Assembly: GCA_030765485.1 (NCBI GenBank)
Contig: JAVCCR010000002.1
Span: 12,288 to 76,287 of the forward strand
Length of the DNA: 64,000 nucleotides
From: Candidatus Gygaella obscura
GTDB taxonomy: Bacteria > Omnitrophota > Gorgyraeia > Gygaellales > Gygaellaceae
Reading direction: 5' to 3'
The position numbers were made by a program, and so were the translations under genes. The notes under the pieces were generated by a model. That model was given only the letters and a program-made list of their open reading frames with translations, ran no database searches and was not told the DNA's origin. Position 1 is the stretch's first letter. Each line of letters starts with the position of its first letter. Positions 43,296-52,468 of this stretch are shown one piece after another.

Positions 43296-44990
43296 CTAAT
43301 AATCTTTATATTTATTGGTTACGGGAAGACGCCTATCTTTACCGAATGCCTTTTTGGATATCTTAACCCCTAAAGGAACCTGACGGCGCTTGTATTCGTT
43401 AGAATCGACCAAATTTACAACCTTTTTTATCAAATTAAAGCCCTTAGAGGTTTTTCGCCTGATCTTATCAACAGGCAAATCATCTTCTACATAATGCTTT
43501 AAAATATCATCCAATACATCGTAAGCAGGAAGACTATCCTGATCTTTTTGATTTAACTTCAATTCCGCACTAGGCGCTTTTTTTAATATATTGACAGGTA
43601 TTAAATTACCGTTATTCTTATTAAAAAACTCGGCCAGCTTATAAACCATGGTTTTAGGAACATCCTTTAACGCTGCAAAACCGCCAGCCATGTCTCCATA
43701 AAGGGTGCAGTAACCAACCGCAATCTCACTTTTATTGCCTGTAGTCAAAACTAGCCATTTAAATTTATTAGATAAAGCCATTAAAATATTGCCTCTTATG
43801 CGTGCTTGAATATTCTCTTCTGTAGTATCTATCTTTTTATTGATAAAAATCTTTTTTAACGTATCAATATAACTTTTAAAAATATCTTCTATTGATATAG
43901 AAAATGTTTTTATCTTCAACCTCCTAGCAAGCTCGCGGCTATCTTTTACAGAATCGCTGGAAGTAAAACGGGAATTCATAAAAACACCGATACAGTTGTT
44001 TTTTCCGATAGCATCAACAGCAATAGCGGCAACTAGGCTTGAATCTATCCCTCCGCTTAAACCTATAACAACTTTTTTAAAACCGTTCTTTACAATGTAA
44101 TCTCTGGTACCCAAAACAAGAGAATTATAAATCTCAGACAAGGTATCCAGATTATTGTAGTTATCTTTGACTAAAACTTTTCTTTTATTCTCAAAGGCTT
44201 TAAGTTTAATAATATCTCCTGAGTACCTTCTTTTTAGATTTTTTTTAAGCGGAATATCGGCAGTAACAAGCTGTTCTGTGAATTGACCGGCAATAGCGAT
44301 TATCTTTTTATCTTTATTCATAATAAGGCTATCACCGTCAAAAACAAGCTCATCTATACCTCCTACGAGATTGCAATATGCTATAGCAAGATTATTTTCA
44401 TCAATACGCCTAACCAAACCTTCTCTTCTGAAATGTTTCTTTCCGATATGAAACGGTGAAGCGGAAATATTAATAATTAACTCCGCGCCTTTTTTTGCAA
44501 GTGTTTTTGTAATATTGTTATCCTGCCAGATGTCCCAACAGATATTTACGCCGAAAAAGAGCCCAGCAAGAGAAAAAACAGGCGAATATTCTCCCGGAGT
44601 AAAATAGCGTTTTTCATCAAAGACGCTGTAATTAGGAAGATTGATTTTATGATAAATACCCCTTATCTTACCGTCGTTAATGATCGCTGCTGAATTATAA
44701 AGATTTTTATCTTCTCTATTTATAAAACCAAGAACGCAAGTAATGCCTTTGGTGTATTTTAAAATATTTTTTAAATACTTAAGATTGTCATCTACGAAGT
44801 GTTTTTTTAATATAAGATCTTCTGGCGGATATCCTGTTATCGCCAACTCAGGAAAAACCACTATATCAGAGCCAAGCTTTTTTGCATCAGCAATGTAGCT
44901 TATTATCTTATTTATGTTGTAATTTAGATCTCCCACTATGAGGTTAATCTGAGCCAGAGATATTCTTATTGATTTGTCTCTTCTTTTCAT
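43296..44990 (-). CDS. nadE: Glutamine-dependent NAD+ synthetase
   Basis: Nitrilase domain (FPEL, K.NLPNY, ICWD) + SGGIDS, ENIQARIRG, TGNKSE. Confidence 0.96.
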   Translation of the reverse strand: MKRRDKSIRISLAQINLIVGDLNYNINKIISYIADAKKLGSDIVVFPELAITGYPPEDLILKKHFVDDNLKYLKNILKYTKGITCVLGFINREDKNLYNSAAIINDGKIRGIYHKINLPNYSVFDEKRYFTPGEYSPVFSLAGLFFGVNICWDIWQDNNITKTLAKKGAELIINISASPFHIGKKHFRREGLVRRIDENNLAIAYCNLVGGIDELVFDGDSLIMNKDKKIIAIAGQFTEQLVTADIPLKKNLKRRYSGDIIKLKAFENKRKVLVKDNYNNLDTLSEIYNSLVLGTRDYIVKNGFKKVVIGLSGGIDSSLVAAIAVDAIGKNNCIGVFMNSRFTSSDSVKDSRELARRLKIKTFSISIEDIFKSYIDTLKKIFINKKIDTTEENIQARIRGNILMALSNKFKWLVLTTGNKSEIAVGYCTLYGDMAGGFAALKDVPKTMVYKLAEFFNKNNGNLIPVNILKKAPSAELKLNQKDQDSLPAYDVLDDILKHYVEDDLPVDKIRRKTSKGFNLIKKVVNLVDSNEYKRRQVPLGVKISKKAFGKDRRLPVTNKYKDY

Positions 44991-45067
44991 ATCAGCTATT
45001 ATACACTAAAGAGCTTAATAAGTTAAAATTAATTGTAGAGAAACTAGGTATATGGTATCATAAAACA

Positions 45068-46111
45068 ATGCTGCATAAAATAAAAAATAAACTCAACCAA
45101 GAACTGAAAATATTCATTAAAGATATCGACCAATTCTACAGATTAAAAGGAATTTCACCAGTTTTATCAAATAGCATTAAAGAGTTTTTGCTTCGTGATG
45201 GTAAGCGAATCCGCCCCATTCTACTAATTATCGGTTTTAAGGCCTTCTCCAGAAAAAATCCTTTCGGGTTATATAAATGCGCCCTGTCTTTAGAACTACT
45301 GCATGACTTTATGCTCGTACACGATGACATAATCGACAGATCTAACAAACGACGGGGAAAATCATCGATGCATAAAATGCTCGGGGATTACCTTAAACGC
45401 TACCCAAATTGCAAATCTTCCGGAAGCGACCTTGCAATAGTAACTGCAGATGTAATGTACGCTTTAGCAATCCATGCTTTTTTAAGTATAAAAATTGACT
45501 TTATCCTAAAAGAAAAGGCCTTAAGAAAATTCATAGAAGCTACAGTATTCACTGGAAGCGGCGAATTCATTGAACTGCTTTATAGCATAGAAAATATAGA
45601 TAAAATTAAAAAAGAAAAAATATTCAAAATATATGATTTAAAAACAGCCTTTTATACCTTTGCCGCTCCTCTGGCAATGGGAGCAATACTTGCAGGAGCA
45701 AACAATACCGAAATAAATAAAATCTTTAAAATTGGCCTTAATCTGGGTCGCGCCTTTCAGATAAAAGACGATATAATCGGCATGTTCAGCGAACAAAAAC
45801 AAAGCGGTAAATCTTCGCTTACCGATCTACAGGAAGCTAAAAAGACCCTGCTTATATGGCATGCGTACAATAAAAACTCTAAAAACAAAATGGCTATAAA
45901 GAATATACTTAATAAAAAGAAGGTAACTAAAACAGACCTTGTAAAGATGAGAAAGCTATTAAAAACTAGCGGCTCCCTTGACTATGCCAAAAACCAAATC
46001 TCAGAATTAAATACCACGGTAAAGAAATTGATTACTAATTCAAGAATGAGAAAAAAATACAAACTCGTTCTTGAAAACCTTACTAAGGATATCCTTCTTA
46101 AAAAATGTTAA
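45068..46111 (+). CDS. Polyprenyl diphosphate synthase (IspA/IdsA-like)
   Basis: GKRIRP, HDDIIDRSNKRRG, LKTA.Y, FQIKDD; start moved to ATG 45068. Confidence 0.9.
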   Translation: MLHKIKNKLNQELKIFIKDIDQFYRLKGISPVLSNSIKEFLLRDGKRIRPILLIIGFKAFSRKNPFGLYKCALSLELLHDFMLVHDDIIDRSNKRRGKSSMHKMLGDYLKRYPNCKSSGSDLAIVTADVMYALAIHAFLSIKIDFILKEKALRKFIEATVFTGSGEFIELLYSIENIDKIKKEKIFKIYDLKTAFYTFAAPLAMGAILAGANNTEINKIFKIGLNLGRAFQIKDDIIGMFSEQKQSGKSSLTDLQEAKKTLLIWHAYNKNSKNKMAIKNILNKKKVTKTDLVKMRKLLKTSGSLDYAKNQISELNTTVKKLITNSRMRKKYKLVLENLTKDILLKKC

Positions 46112-46132
46112 AAATAGTTTCACAATATTAAT

Positions 46133-46972
46133 ATGAAAATCAATCTTGCAAAATCAACTGGCTTTTGTTTTGGTGTGCGTCGCGCTTTAAAAATCGCATA
46201 TGACACAGTAAAACTTTCTGCAACAGTAGAAATGCTAGGAGATATAGTCCATAACGAAGAGGTAGTTAAAGATATTGATAAAATCGGGATCAAAAAAATC
46301 GTCAAACTTAAAATAGGTAGAAATAAACTGCTCCTTATAAGAGCGCATGGAGTTGGCGAGAAGACAATAAAAAAAGCTAGTGCCTTAGGTTATAAAATAA
46401 TCGATGCCACATGCCCCATGGTAAAAGAAATCCATAAAATTGCAATTGAAATGGAAAAAAAAGGCTACACGATAATCATCATTGGAGACAAAAAACATGA
46501 CGAGGTGCAAGGCATTATTGGCCAATTAAAAAAGAAAGCCATCGCCATTGATGCTGTAAATCCTTTACCTTTGAACAAACTTCGTAAAATAAAAAAAGCA
46601 GCAGTTATAGTTCAATCTACCCAAAACTATGATCGGGTAACTAAAATAATTGGTATAATGAAAAAAGAAATAAAACAACTTAAATCCTTTAATACAATCT
46701 GCAATCCTACAAGACTTAAACAACAAGAAATAAAAAAGCTCCCCAAAAGAAATGATATTATGATAATAATCGGCTCCAAACACAGCGCTAACACAAAAAG
46801 GCTTTATCAGATTTCAAAATCCCTAAATAAAAAAAGTTATTGGGTACAAACTTATAAAGGTTTGAAAAAAGAATGGTTTAAGAAAGTGAAAAATGTTGGT
46901 ATTGCAGCTGGATCCTCCACACCTGATAAAACTACAAGATCTGTAATCGACTTTATTAATAATCTTAAATAA
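46133..46972 (+). CDS. ispH: 4-hydroxy-3-methylbut-2-enyl diphosphate reductase
   Basis: GFCFGV, IVHN, RAHG, DATCP, NTIC.PT, SANT, AGSSTP. Confidence 0.96.
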   Translation: MKINLAKSTGFCFGVRRALKIAYDTVKLSATVEMLGDIVHNEEVVKDIDKIGIKKIVKLKIGRNKLLLIRAHGVGEKTIKKASALGYKIIDATCPMVKEIHKIAIEMEKKGYTIIIIGDKKHDEVQGIIGQLKKKAIAIDAVNPLPLNKLRKIKKAAVIVQSTQNYDRVTKIIGIMKKEIKQLKSFNTICNPTRLKQQEIKKLPKRNDIMIIIGSKHSANTKRLYQISKSLNKKSYWVQTYKGLKKEWFKKVKNVGIAAGSSTPDKTTRSVIDFINNLK

Positions 46973-47103
46973 ATTTTTTAAAAAATTCACCCCATAACAC
47001 ACTTGAGCCTACTATCACAACCTCCAATTTTTGTTTTAATTACATATTTGTCTCCAGATAGGATTGACCTTAAAATTAATCTTAAAGAAATATAAAAAAT
47101 TAC

Positions 47104-47175
47104 TTGACAAGTGTAAATGATATGTTATAGTTAACTTGTCAATCGTAAAGTAACATAACAATCGTCAAAGGAGGA
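47104..47175 (+). promoter_or_regulatory. glnA promoter with overlapping inverted and direct repeats (candidate operator)
   Basis: TTGACA-16nt-TATAGT with extended TG; IR TTGACAAGT/ACTTGTCAA; IR TATGTTA/TAACATA; DR CAATCGT x2; AAGGAGG RBS. Confidence 0.7.
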
Positions 47176-47178
47176 GAC

Positions 47179-48714
47179 ATGAATAAAGAATTCTTAAGCC
47201 CAACAGAAGCAGCGAAAGTACTTAAAATCTCAAGGCAGGCTGTAATTGAACGCATTAAACATGGTTCATTAAAGGCTGATAAAGTGGGTAAACAATATAT
47301 AATCGCCTTAGAAGAGATCGAAAACCAAAAAGGCTTTGGTGTTGAATTAAAAAATGACAGTTCTTCTATTCCCTCACCAAAGATATCCAACAAGGATTCA
47401 ACAAAAGAGATATTAAAAATAGTTAATCAACACGATATAAGAACAATCCAGCTGTGGTTTGTCGATATTTTAGGAATATTAAAGTGCGTTTCCATCACCA
47501 AAGGAGAATTAAAAGACGCCCTAGAACACGGTAAAGGTTTTGACGGCTCATCTGTTACTGGGTTTGCCGAGGCTGAAGAAAGTGATATTATTGCTTTACC
47601 TGATCCTTCTACATTTAAGATACTTCCCTGGACAACTAAAGACTATCCGATTGCTCGAATGTTTTGCGATATACTAAATACAAACGGTACCCCTTATGCA
47701 GGAGATCCAAGACATGTACTTAAAAGAGCTCTTGAAAGAGCAAAAAAATTGGGTTTTGATTTTTATATCGGTGCGGAATTAGAGTATTTTTATTTCAAAT
47801 CATCAACCAAACCCGAAATAATTGATGAAGGTTCTTATTTCGAACTAATACCGAATGATCTGGCTAATACTCTCAGAAACAAAACCGTAAGGGTGCTTGA
47901 AGAAATGGGAATTACCATGGAAGCAACTCATCATGAAGTAGCACCCAGCCAACATGAAATTGACCCTAAATATACCGATGCCTTAAAAGCAGCAGATAAC
48001 GTCATTACCTGTAAATACGTCATAAAAGAAATCGCCCAGCAAAGCGGCGTATACGCTACCTTTATGCCAAAACCTCTTTTTGGACATAACGGTTCAGGCA
48101 TGCACATACACCAATCATTATTCAAAAAGGATAAAAACTCCTTTTTTGAAAAAAAGGATAAACATCATCTATCTAACATTGCAAAACATTTTATATCCGG
48201 TCAGCTTAAACACGCCCGGGAAATCTGTTCTCTTACTGCCCAATGGGTAAACTCTTACAAAAGGCTTGTTTCAGGATATGAAGCTCCTGTTTATGCCTCT
48301 TGGGCACAGAAAAACAGAACCACACTAATAAGAGTACCCATGTACAGACCCGGCAATGAAAAGGCAACACGTGCAGAACTGCGTTGTCCAGATCCAGCCT
48401 GCAATCCATACCTGGCATTTGCTGTTATGCTGACTGCAGGTTTAGAGGGAATTGAAAAAAAATATCCCCTTCCTGCCCCTGTTGAACCGAATATATATAA
48501 TATGGCTATGGAGGAAAGAGAAAAACGTGGCCTTACCTCTTTACCGGGAAACCTTTTTGAAGCAATACTAGAGACCGAAAATAGTCAATTCGTAAAAGAA
48601 ACTTTGGGAAACCATATCTTCAACCGTTTCCTTTTCAATAAAAAGAAAGAATGGGAAGAATATAGAATCCAAATAACCCAACATGAAATCAAAAAATACT
48701 TACCTCTACTATAG
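47179..48714 (+). CDS. glnA: Type I glutamine synthetase with N-terminal excisionase/MerR-like HTH domain
   Basis: Residues 1-48 HTH_17-like; then FDGSS, ELEYF, HHEVAPSQHE, FMPKP..NGSGMHIH, GYEAP, ELRCPD..CNPYL. Confidence 0.93.
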   Translation: MNKEFLSPTEAAKVLKISRQAVIERIKHGSLKADKVGKQYIIALEEIENQKGFGVELKNDSSSIPSPKISNKDSTKEILKIVNQHDIRTIQLWFVDILGILKCVSITKGELKDALEHGKGFDGSSVTGFAEAEESDIIALPDPSTFKILPWTTKDYPIARMFCDILNTNGTPYAGDPRHVLKRALERAKKLGFDFYIGAELEYFYFKSSTKPEIIDEGSYFELIPNDLANTLRNKTVRVLEEMGITMEATHHEVAPSQHEIDPKYTDALKAADNVITCKYVIKEIAQQSGVYATFMPKPLFGHNGSGMHIHQSLFKKDKNSFFEKKDKHHLSNIAKHFISGQLKHAREICSLTAQWVNSYKRLVSGYEAPVYASWAQKNRTTLIRVPMYRPGNEKATRAELRCPDPACNPYLAFAVMLTAGLEGIEKKYPLPAPVEPNIYNMAMEEREKRGLTSLPGNLFEAILETENSQFVKETLGNHIFNRFLFNKKKEWEEYRIQITQHEIKKYLPLL

Positions 48715-48728
48715 ATAGGGCATGAAAC

Positions 48729-48777
48729 AAGAATAATAAAAAAGGCAGCAAAATTAGCTGCCTTTTTTATTATTCTT
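48729..48777. terminator. Bidirectional intrinsic terminator between glnA and ldh
   Basis: Perfect 21-bp inverted repeat AAGAATAATAAAAAAGGCAGC / GCTGCCTTTTTTATTATTCTT, 7-nt loop. Confidence 0.92.
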
Positions 48778-48792
48778 ATATTTATCTCTACT

Positions 48793-49737
48793 CTAAATAC
48801 CCAAAGACTTAATAACGCTCTTAAGCTTTTCTGCAGATTGCCTAAGTTGAACCTGCTCTTCATCGAATAATTCAATTTTTAAAACCCTTTCAACACCTAA
48901 TCTATTAACCTTACAGGGAAGACTAAAACAAACTTCTTTTATACCATAATAATCATCAATAAAACTGGAAAGTGGTAAAATAGAGTTTTCATCCCTTATT
49001 ATGGCCTGTACTATTTTAGTTAAAGAAAGTCCTATAGCATAATATGTAGAACCTTTACATTTTATAATCTCATAAGCAGCATCTTTTACCTCTTTAAAAA
49101 TATTGCCAAGCCTTTTGTGATAATCACAGCTTTTATTACACTGGGGGCAATACTCAGCGATTTTCATACCGGCAATACTTGCCTGACTCCAAACAGGTAA
49201 CTCACTATCACCATGTTCACCGATAATATAAGCATGAATATTTTTTGGATCAATTTGACAATTTCTACTTATAGAATACCTGAGTCTTGAAGTATCTAAT
49301 ACCGTACCAGAACCAATTACCCTTCCTTTATCTAAACCAGAAATCTTTAAAGCATAATAAGTAAGTATGTCTACAGGATTCGACACTACTAACAACACAC
49401 CCTGTCTGCAGTATTTAACTATCTTAGGTATTATCTCTTTAAAAATATCGGCATTTGTTTTTATTAAATCCAAACGGGATTGTCCGCTCTTTTGCTTTGC
49501 ACCTAGAGTAATAACTACCACTTCAGCATCCTTACAATCATTATAATCACCTTCATGGATATTAACCGGAGAAGCAAAACTCACTCCATGGTTTAAATCC
49601 ATAACTTCACCTCTTAAACGCTTTCTATTATTATCAATCAAAACTATCTCTCTTGCTAAACCACTGATCATCAATGAATACGCAAAAGTACTTCCTACAC
49701 TACCCGCACCAACAATTACTATTTTTGGAATATGCAT
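48793..49737 (-). CDS. ldh: L-lactate dehydrogenase
   Basis: GAGSVG, GAKQKSGQSRLDL (Gln specificity residue), NPVD, GTVLDTSR, GEHGDS. Confidence 0.93.
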   Translation of the reverse strand: MHIPKIVIVGAGSVGSTFAYSLMISGLAREIVLIDNNRKRLRGEVMDLNHGVSFASPVNIHEGDYNDCKDAEVVVITLGAKQKSGQSRLDLIKTNADIFKEIIPKIVKYCRQGVLLVVSNPVDILTYYALKISGLDKGRVIGSGTVLDTSRLRYSISRNCQIDPKNIHAYIIGEHGDSELPVWSQASIAGMKIAEYCPQCNKSCDYHKRLGNIFKEVKDAAYEIIKCKGSTYYAIGLSLTKIVQAIIRDENSILPLSSFIDDYYGIKEVCFSLPCKVNRLGVERVLKIELFDEEQVQLRQSAEKLKSVIKSLGI

Positions 49738-49758
49738 AAATTTTTCTTGGTTGATTCA

Positions 49759-50247
49759 TCATCCTTTATCAAAATTGGTTCTTAAACTTACAAGCTTCTC
49801 AAGATGAAGTTCTTCTTCATGAATAATTTCCTTTAATACATTTCTCTCTCCTTCAGAAATAGCCTCTTTCATCGCATCATAATAACGTATAGAATCTTTT
49901 TCAAACTCTATTGCTTTACTAATTGCCTCATTGTCGCTTTTAACCTCTAAAGCTATTCTTTTACCTTGGTTTTCTTGAGCAAATATAAGCTTAGAAGCAA
50001 TACTGTTTATATAAAAGAAATATTCCTGCGTATACAGGCTTTCTTGTTTGGAATTCCTTTTCAACTCTTCCAACATATAAATAAATTTATTCGCGTGTTT
50101 TTTCTCTTCATCTCTTAAATAAATGAGCATTGAGTTTATGGCGTGATCTTTTGTCTTTTTAGCATACTGATCATAATAATCATAACCGTTATTTTCGATT
50201 TTTACAGCTATCTCTAAAAGCTCTGCTGCAGAAACTTTATTTTCCAT
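49759..50247 (-). CDS. Rubrerythrin/ferritin-like di-iron protein
   Basis: AVKIE..G..YY, DEEKKH, AIEFE..S..YY, EEELH. Confidence 0.88.
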   Translation of the reverse strand: MENKVSAAELLEIAVKIENNGYDYYDQYAKKTKDHAINSMLIYLRDEEKKHANKFIYMLEELKRNSKQESLYTQEYFFYINSIASKLIFAQENQGKRIALEVKSDNEAISKAIEFEKDSIRYYDAMKEAISEGERNVLKEIIHEEELHLEKLVSLRTNFDKG

Positions 50248-50261
50248 GACCTGATCCTTTT

Positions 50262-50798
50262 CTAAAATGAGAAATTCTTTCCCATTTCAAAAGCCTCTCG
50301 TAGTACATCTTTCTTGGCTAGAACGGCTTGTTTATCCTCGCACTCAGTACAAAATAATTCCTTAGAATATTCTATACCTGTAACGACAAAAAAATGCTTA
50401 ATAATAGATTTCGCGTTATCAAAATATGAACTTTTCTTATCGCCCTGAACAGATATAAAAACACCCTTTTGTTTCTTCTGCGAAAAACTCACCCCTCTAA
50501 ATATTTTATCTTCCCACACGCCCTGAAAACGGTCAATCATCATTTTTAACTGAGCTGTCATGCTACCAAAATATATCGGCGTACCTAAAACTAAAATATC
50601 AGCAGACTTAATCTTTTCTAAAACTTTTTCAAAGTCATCCTCCGGTAAATTTTCACGGTAAGCTGCTATATTAAACTTATCAAGATAAAGCTTCTCACTA
50701 TCATAACCTTTCAACACAAAACCTTCCAATATCTCATCAATTATTAAATCAGTATTACCTTGTATCCTGGGGCTGGCATTAATTGCTAATACAAACAT
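50262..50798 (-). CDS. Flavodoxin-fold NADPH-dependent FMN reductase family protein
   Basis: NASPRIQGNT, GTPIYFG, QLKMMIDR. Confidence 0.85.
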   Translation of the reverse strand: MFVLAINASPRIQGNTDLIIDEILEGFVLKGYDSEKLYLDKFNIAAYRENLPEDDFEKVLEKIKSADILVLGTPIYFGSMTAQLKMMIDRFQGVWEDKIFRGVSFSQKKQKGVFISVQGDKKSSYFDNAKSIIKHFFVVTGIEYSKELFCTECEDKQAVLAKKDVLREAFEMGKNFSF

Positions 50799-50800
50799 AA

Positions 50801-51271
50801 TCAACCTTTAAGTTTAATGTCTTTTGGTTTAAGATCTATAATGTTATCTACCATAACAAGAATCAAATAATTGGGTTTAGGTAAATTAGCTTCATAATGA
50901 GGAGCTGAAGATGTATTATTTTTTATATTGTTCATCAATCTATTTGTAATTCTTGAGGTAATTATTCTATTCCAGTCTGATATAAGCGATTCTGTAATTT
51001 TATCCTTGTTCATTATCTCAGCTTTCCCTTTAAGGCTATAGCCGATAAATTGGTGTTCATTAAAAGCTGTTATAGAAATTCTATTGTCGGTCTTAAGGTT
51101 ATTATAGGTAACAGCTTGATAAAGATCCATAATATAAATCTTTCCTTTTGGGTCTATTCTTACAATGCCTTTACAGGAACTATGGATACTACCGTCATTG
51201 GAAAAAGTAGACACCAAGACACAGCCCTGCTTTTCAAAAAACTTAACTACTACCTCACTTAACTCAATCAT
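50801..51271 (-). CDS. Pyridoxamine 5'-phosphate oxidase-like FMN-binding protein
   Basis: LVST..DG.IH...KG, DLY..TYNNL..D..ISI, GYSLKGKA. Confidence 0.75.
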   Translation of the reverse strand: MIELSEVVVKFFEKQGCVLVSTFSNDGSIHSSCKGIVRIDPKGKIYIMDLYQAVTYNNLKTDNRISITAFNEHQFIGYSLKGKAEIMNKDKITESLISDWNRIITSRITNRLMNNIKNNTSSAPHYEANLPKPNYLILVMVDNIIDLKPKDIKLKG

Positions 51272-51348
51272 AAATATCCTTAGGTCGTAAGCTCTGCGAT
51301 TTTCTTCTGTATAAGATTATTGTATTTTTGCTCTTCTTCTCAAACCTC

Positions 51349-51741
51349 CTAGAAATTTAATTCATAGAAAGCGTCCCAAAGCCCGTGGATATTGCAATAA
51401 CTGTAGACTAAGATTGTCCCTGGATTATCTGTCTTAAAACTTAGCTTTACAATAGGTATAGTATAAACCCCGCCTGTATTAGGACCCTTAGTGGAGGCCC
51501 CATGAGAAGAAAATTCAACTCTTGAAATCAAAGTAGGATTTTTTTCTCCTCTGGGCAAAAAATATGCTTCAATATAAGCTATATGATGCTCTGTTGTATT
51601 AGGATGTACAATTTCTTTACCGACGCTAATACTAAACTTAATATTCTCTGATTTTCTTGGTTGACCATTAATTTCAATTACCGGAACATGCTTTTCTAAT
51701 TTCCAATCAGCGCTGTTAAATACCTCTTTTATGCTTTTCAT
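51349..51741 (-). CDS. Superoxide reductase (neelaredoxin / class II SOR-like)
   Basis: EKHVP, HPNTTEHHI, YCNIHGLW ligands; start ATG 51741 with GGAG RBS. Confidence 0.92.
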   Translation of the reverse strand: MKSIKEVFNSADWKLEKHVPVIEINGQPRKSENIKFSISVGKEIVHPNTTEHHIAYIEAYFLPRGEKNPTLISRVEFSSHGASTKGPNTGGVYTIPIVKLSFKTDNPGTILVYSYCNIHGLWDAFYELNF

Positions 51742-51754
51742 AAACTCTCCTTTT

Positions 51755-52465
51755 TCAATAACCAATAAAAACTTCTTTTTTAATATTTTTATTCTGCACA
51801 TTCAACTCTTTTAATATCTTCGACATAGCCTCTGCCATGGCCGGCGGACCAAAAATAAAAAATACCCTCTCCTGAAAATCAGGTATATATTTTTCTATTG
51901 TAGATCTGTCTATCTTTCCCATTAACAAAACATTATTCTTGATAATTTGTTCAGTAATAGTAAGAATTGTCTTTATATTATTTAAACGCCTGCTAAAACC
52001 CTCTAAGGTTCCCTTAAAGGCAATTTCTTCTATACTTCTATTAGAATACAATAATAAACTATCCGTAGAAAGGTTTTTCTCAACAATATACTCAAGTATA
52101 GAAATTACAGGAGTAATACCTATACCTCCTATAAGAAAGCCTATTTTTCTAAACTCCTGTTTAAAAACGCAAGTACCAAAAGGCCCCTGGAAAAAAACTT
52201 CATCATTTTCCTCCAACGACTTTAACTGAGATGAAAACTTACTATTACTTAACCTTTTAGTAACTTCAAGATAATCTTTCGTGGGAGAACAAGAAATTGA
52301 TAGATATTTATTCAGTTCGTTATTTCCGGAATTAACCGAATCAAACATAACCTGTACGAACTGACCTGGCAAAAAGGCAGGCTTATTAATAACAGAAAAA
52401 CTAAAACTTTCTATAGTAGGGGTTTGTTTTATTCTTTTGATCAACTTGGCTTTAAAAGAATTCAT
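51755..52465 (-). CDS. FAD/NAD(P)-binding ferredoxin reductase-like oxidoreductase
   Basis: FLPGQF, GPFG, GGIGITP, YSNR, GPPAM. Confidence 0.88.
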   Translation of the reverse strand: MNSFKAKLIKRIKQTPTIESFSFSVINKPAFLPGQFVQVMFDSVNSGNNELNKYLSISCSPTKDYLEVTKRLSNSKFSSQLKSLEENDEVFFQGPFGTCVFKQEFRKIGFLIGGIGITPVISILEYIVEKNLSTDSLLLYSNRSIEEIAFKGTLEGFSRRLNNIKTILTITEQIIKNNVLLMGKIDRSTIEKYIPDFQERVFFIFGPPAMAEAMSKILKELNVQNKNIKKEVFIGY

Positions 52466-52468
52466 CTT

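Noticed and set aside
46973-47100. Minus-strand GGAG-ATG-TAA start-stop and a second GGAGG in the ispH-glnA gap; possible glnA riboswitch or tRNA
   Set aside because: No convincing promoter, ORF, cloverleaf or recognisable riboswitch fold; the predicted glnA leader is only about 40 nt
48729-48777. 21-bp perfect inverted repeat as a MITE or mobile-element end
   Set aside because: GC stem with A/T tracts on both sides between convergent genes fits a bidirectional terminator; single copy, no transposase
51279-51348. Short frame EEEQKYNNLIQKKIAELTT after the SOR stop, faintly like a rubrerythrin C-terminus
   Set aside because: No start codon and too short to distinguish from chance; at most a deletion remnant
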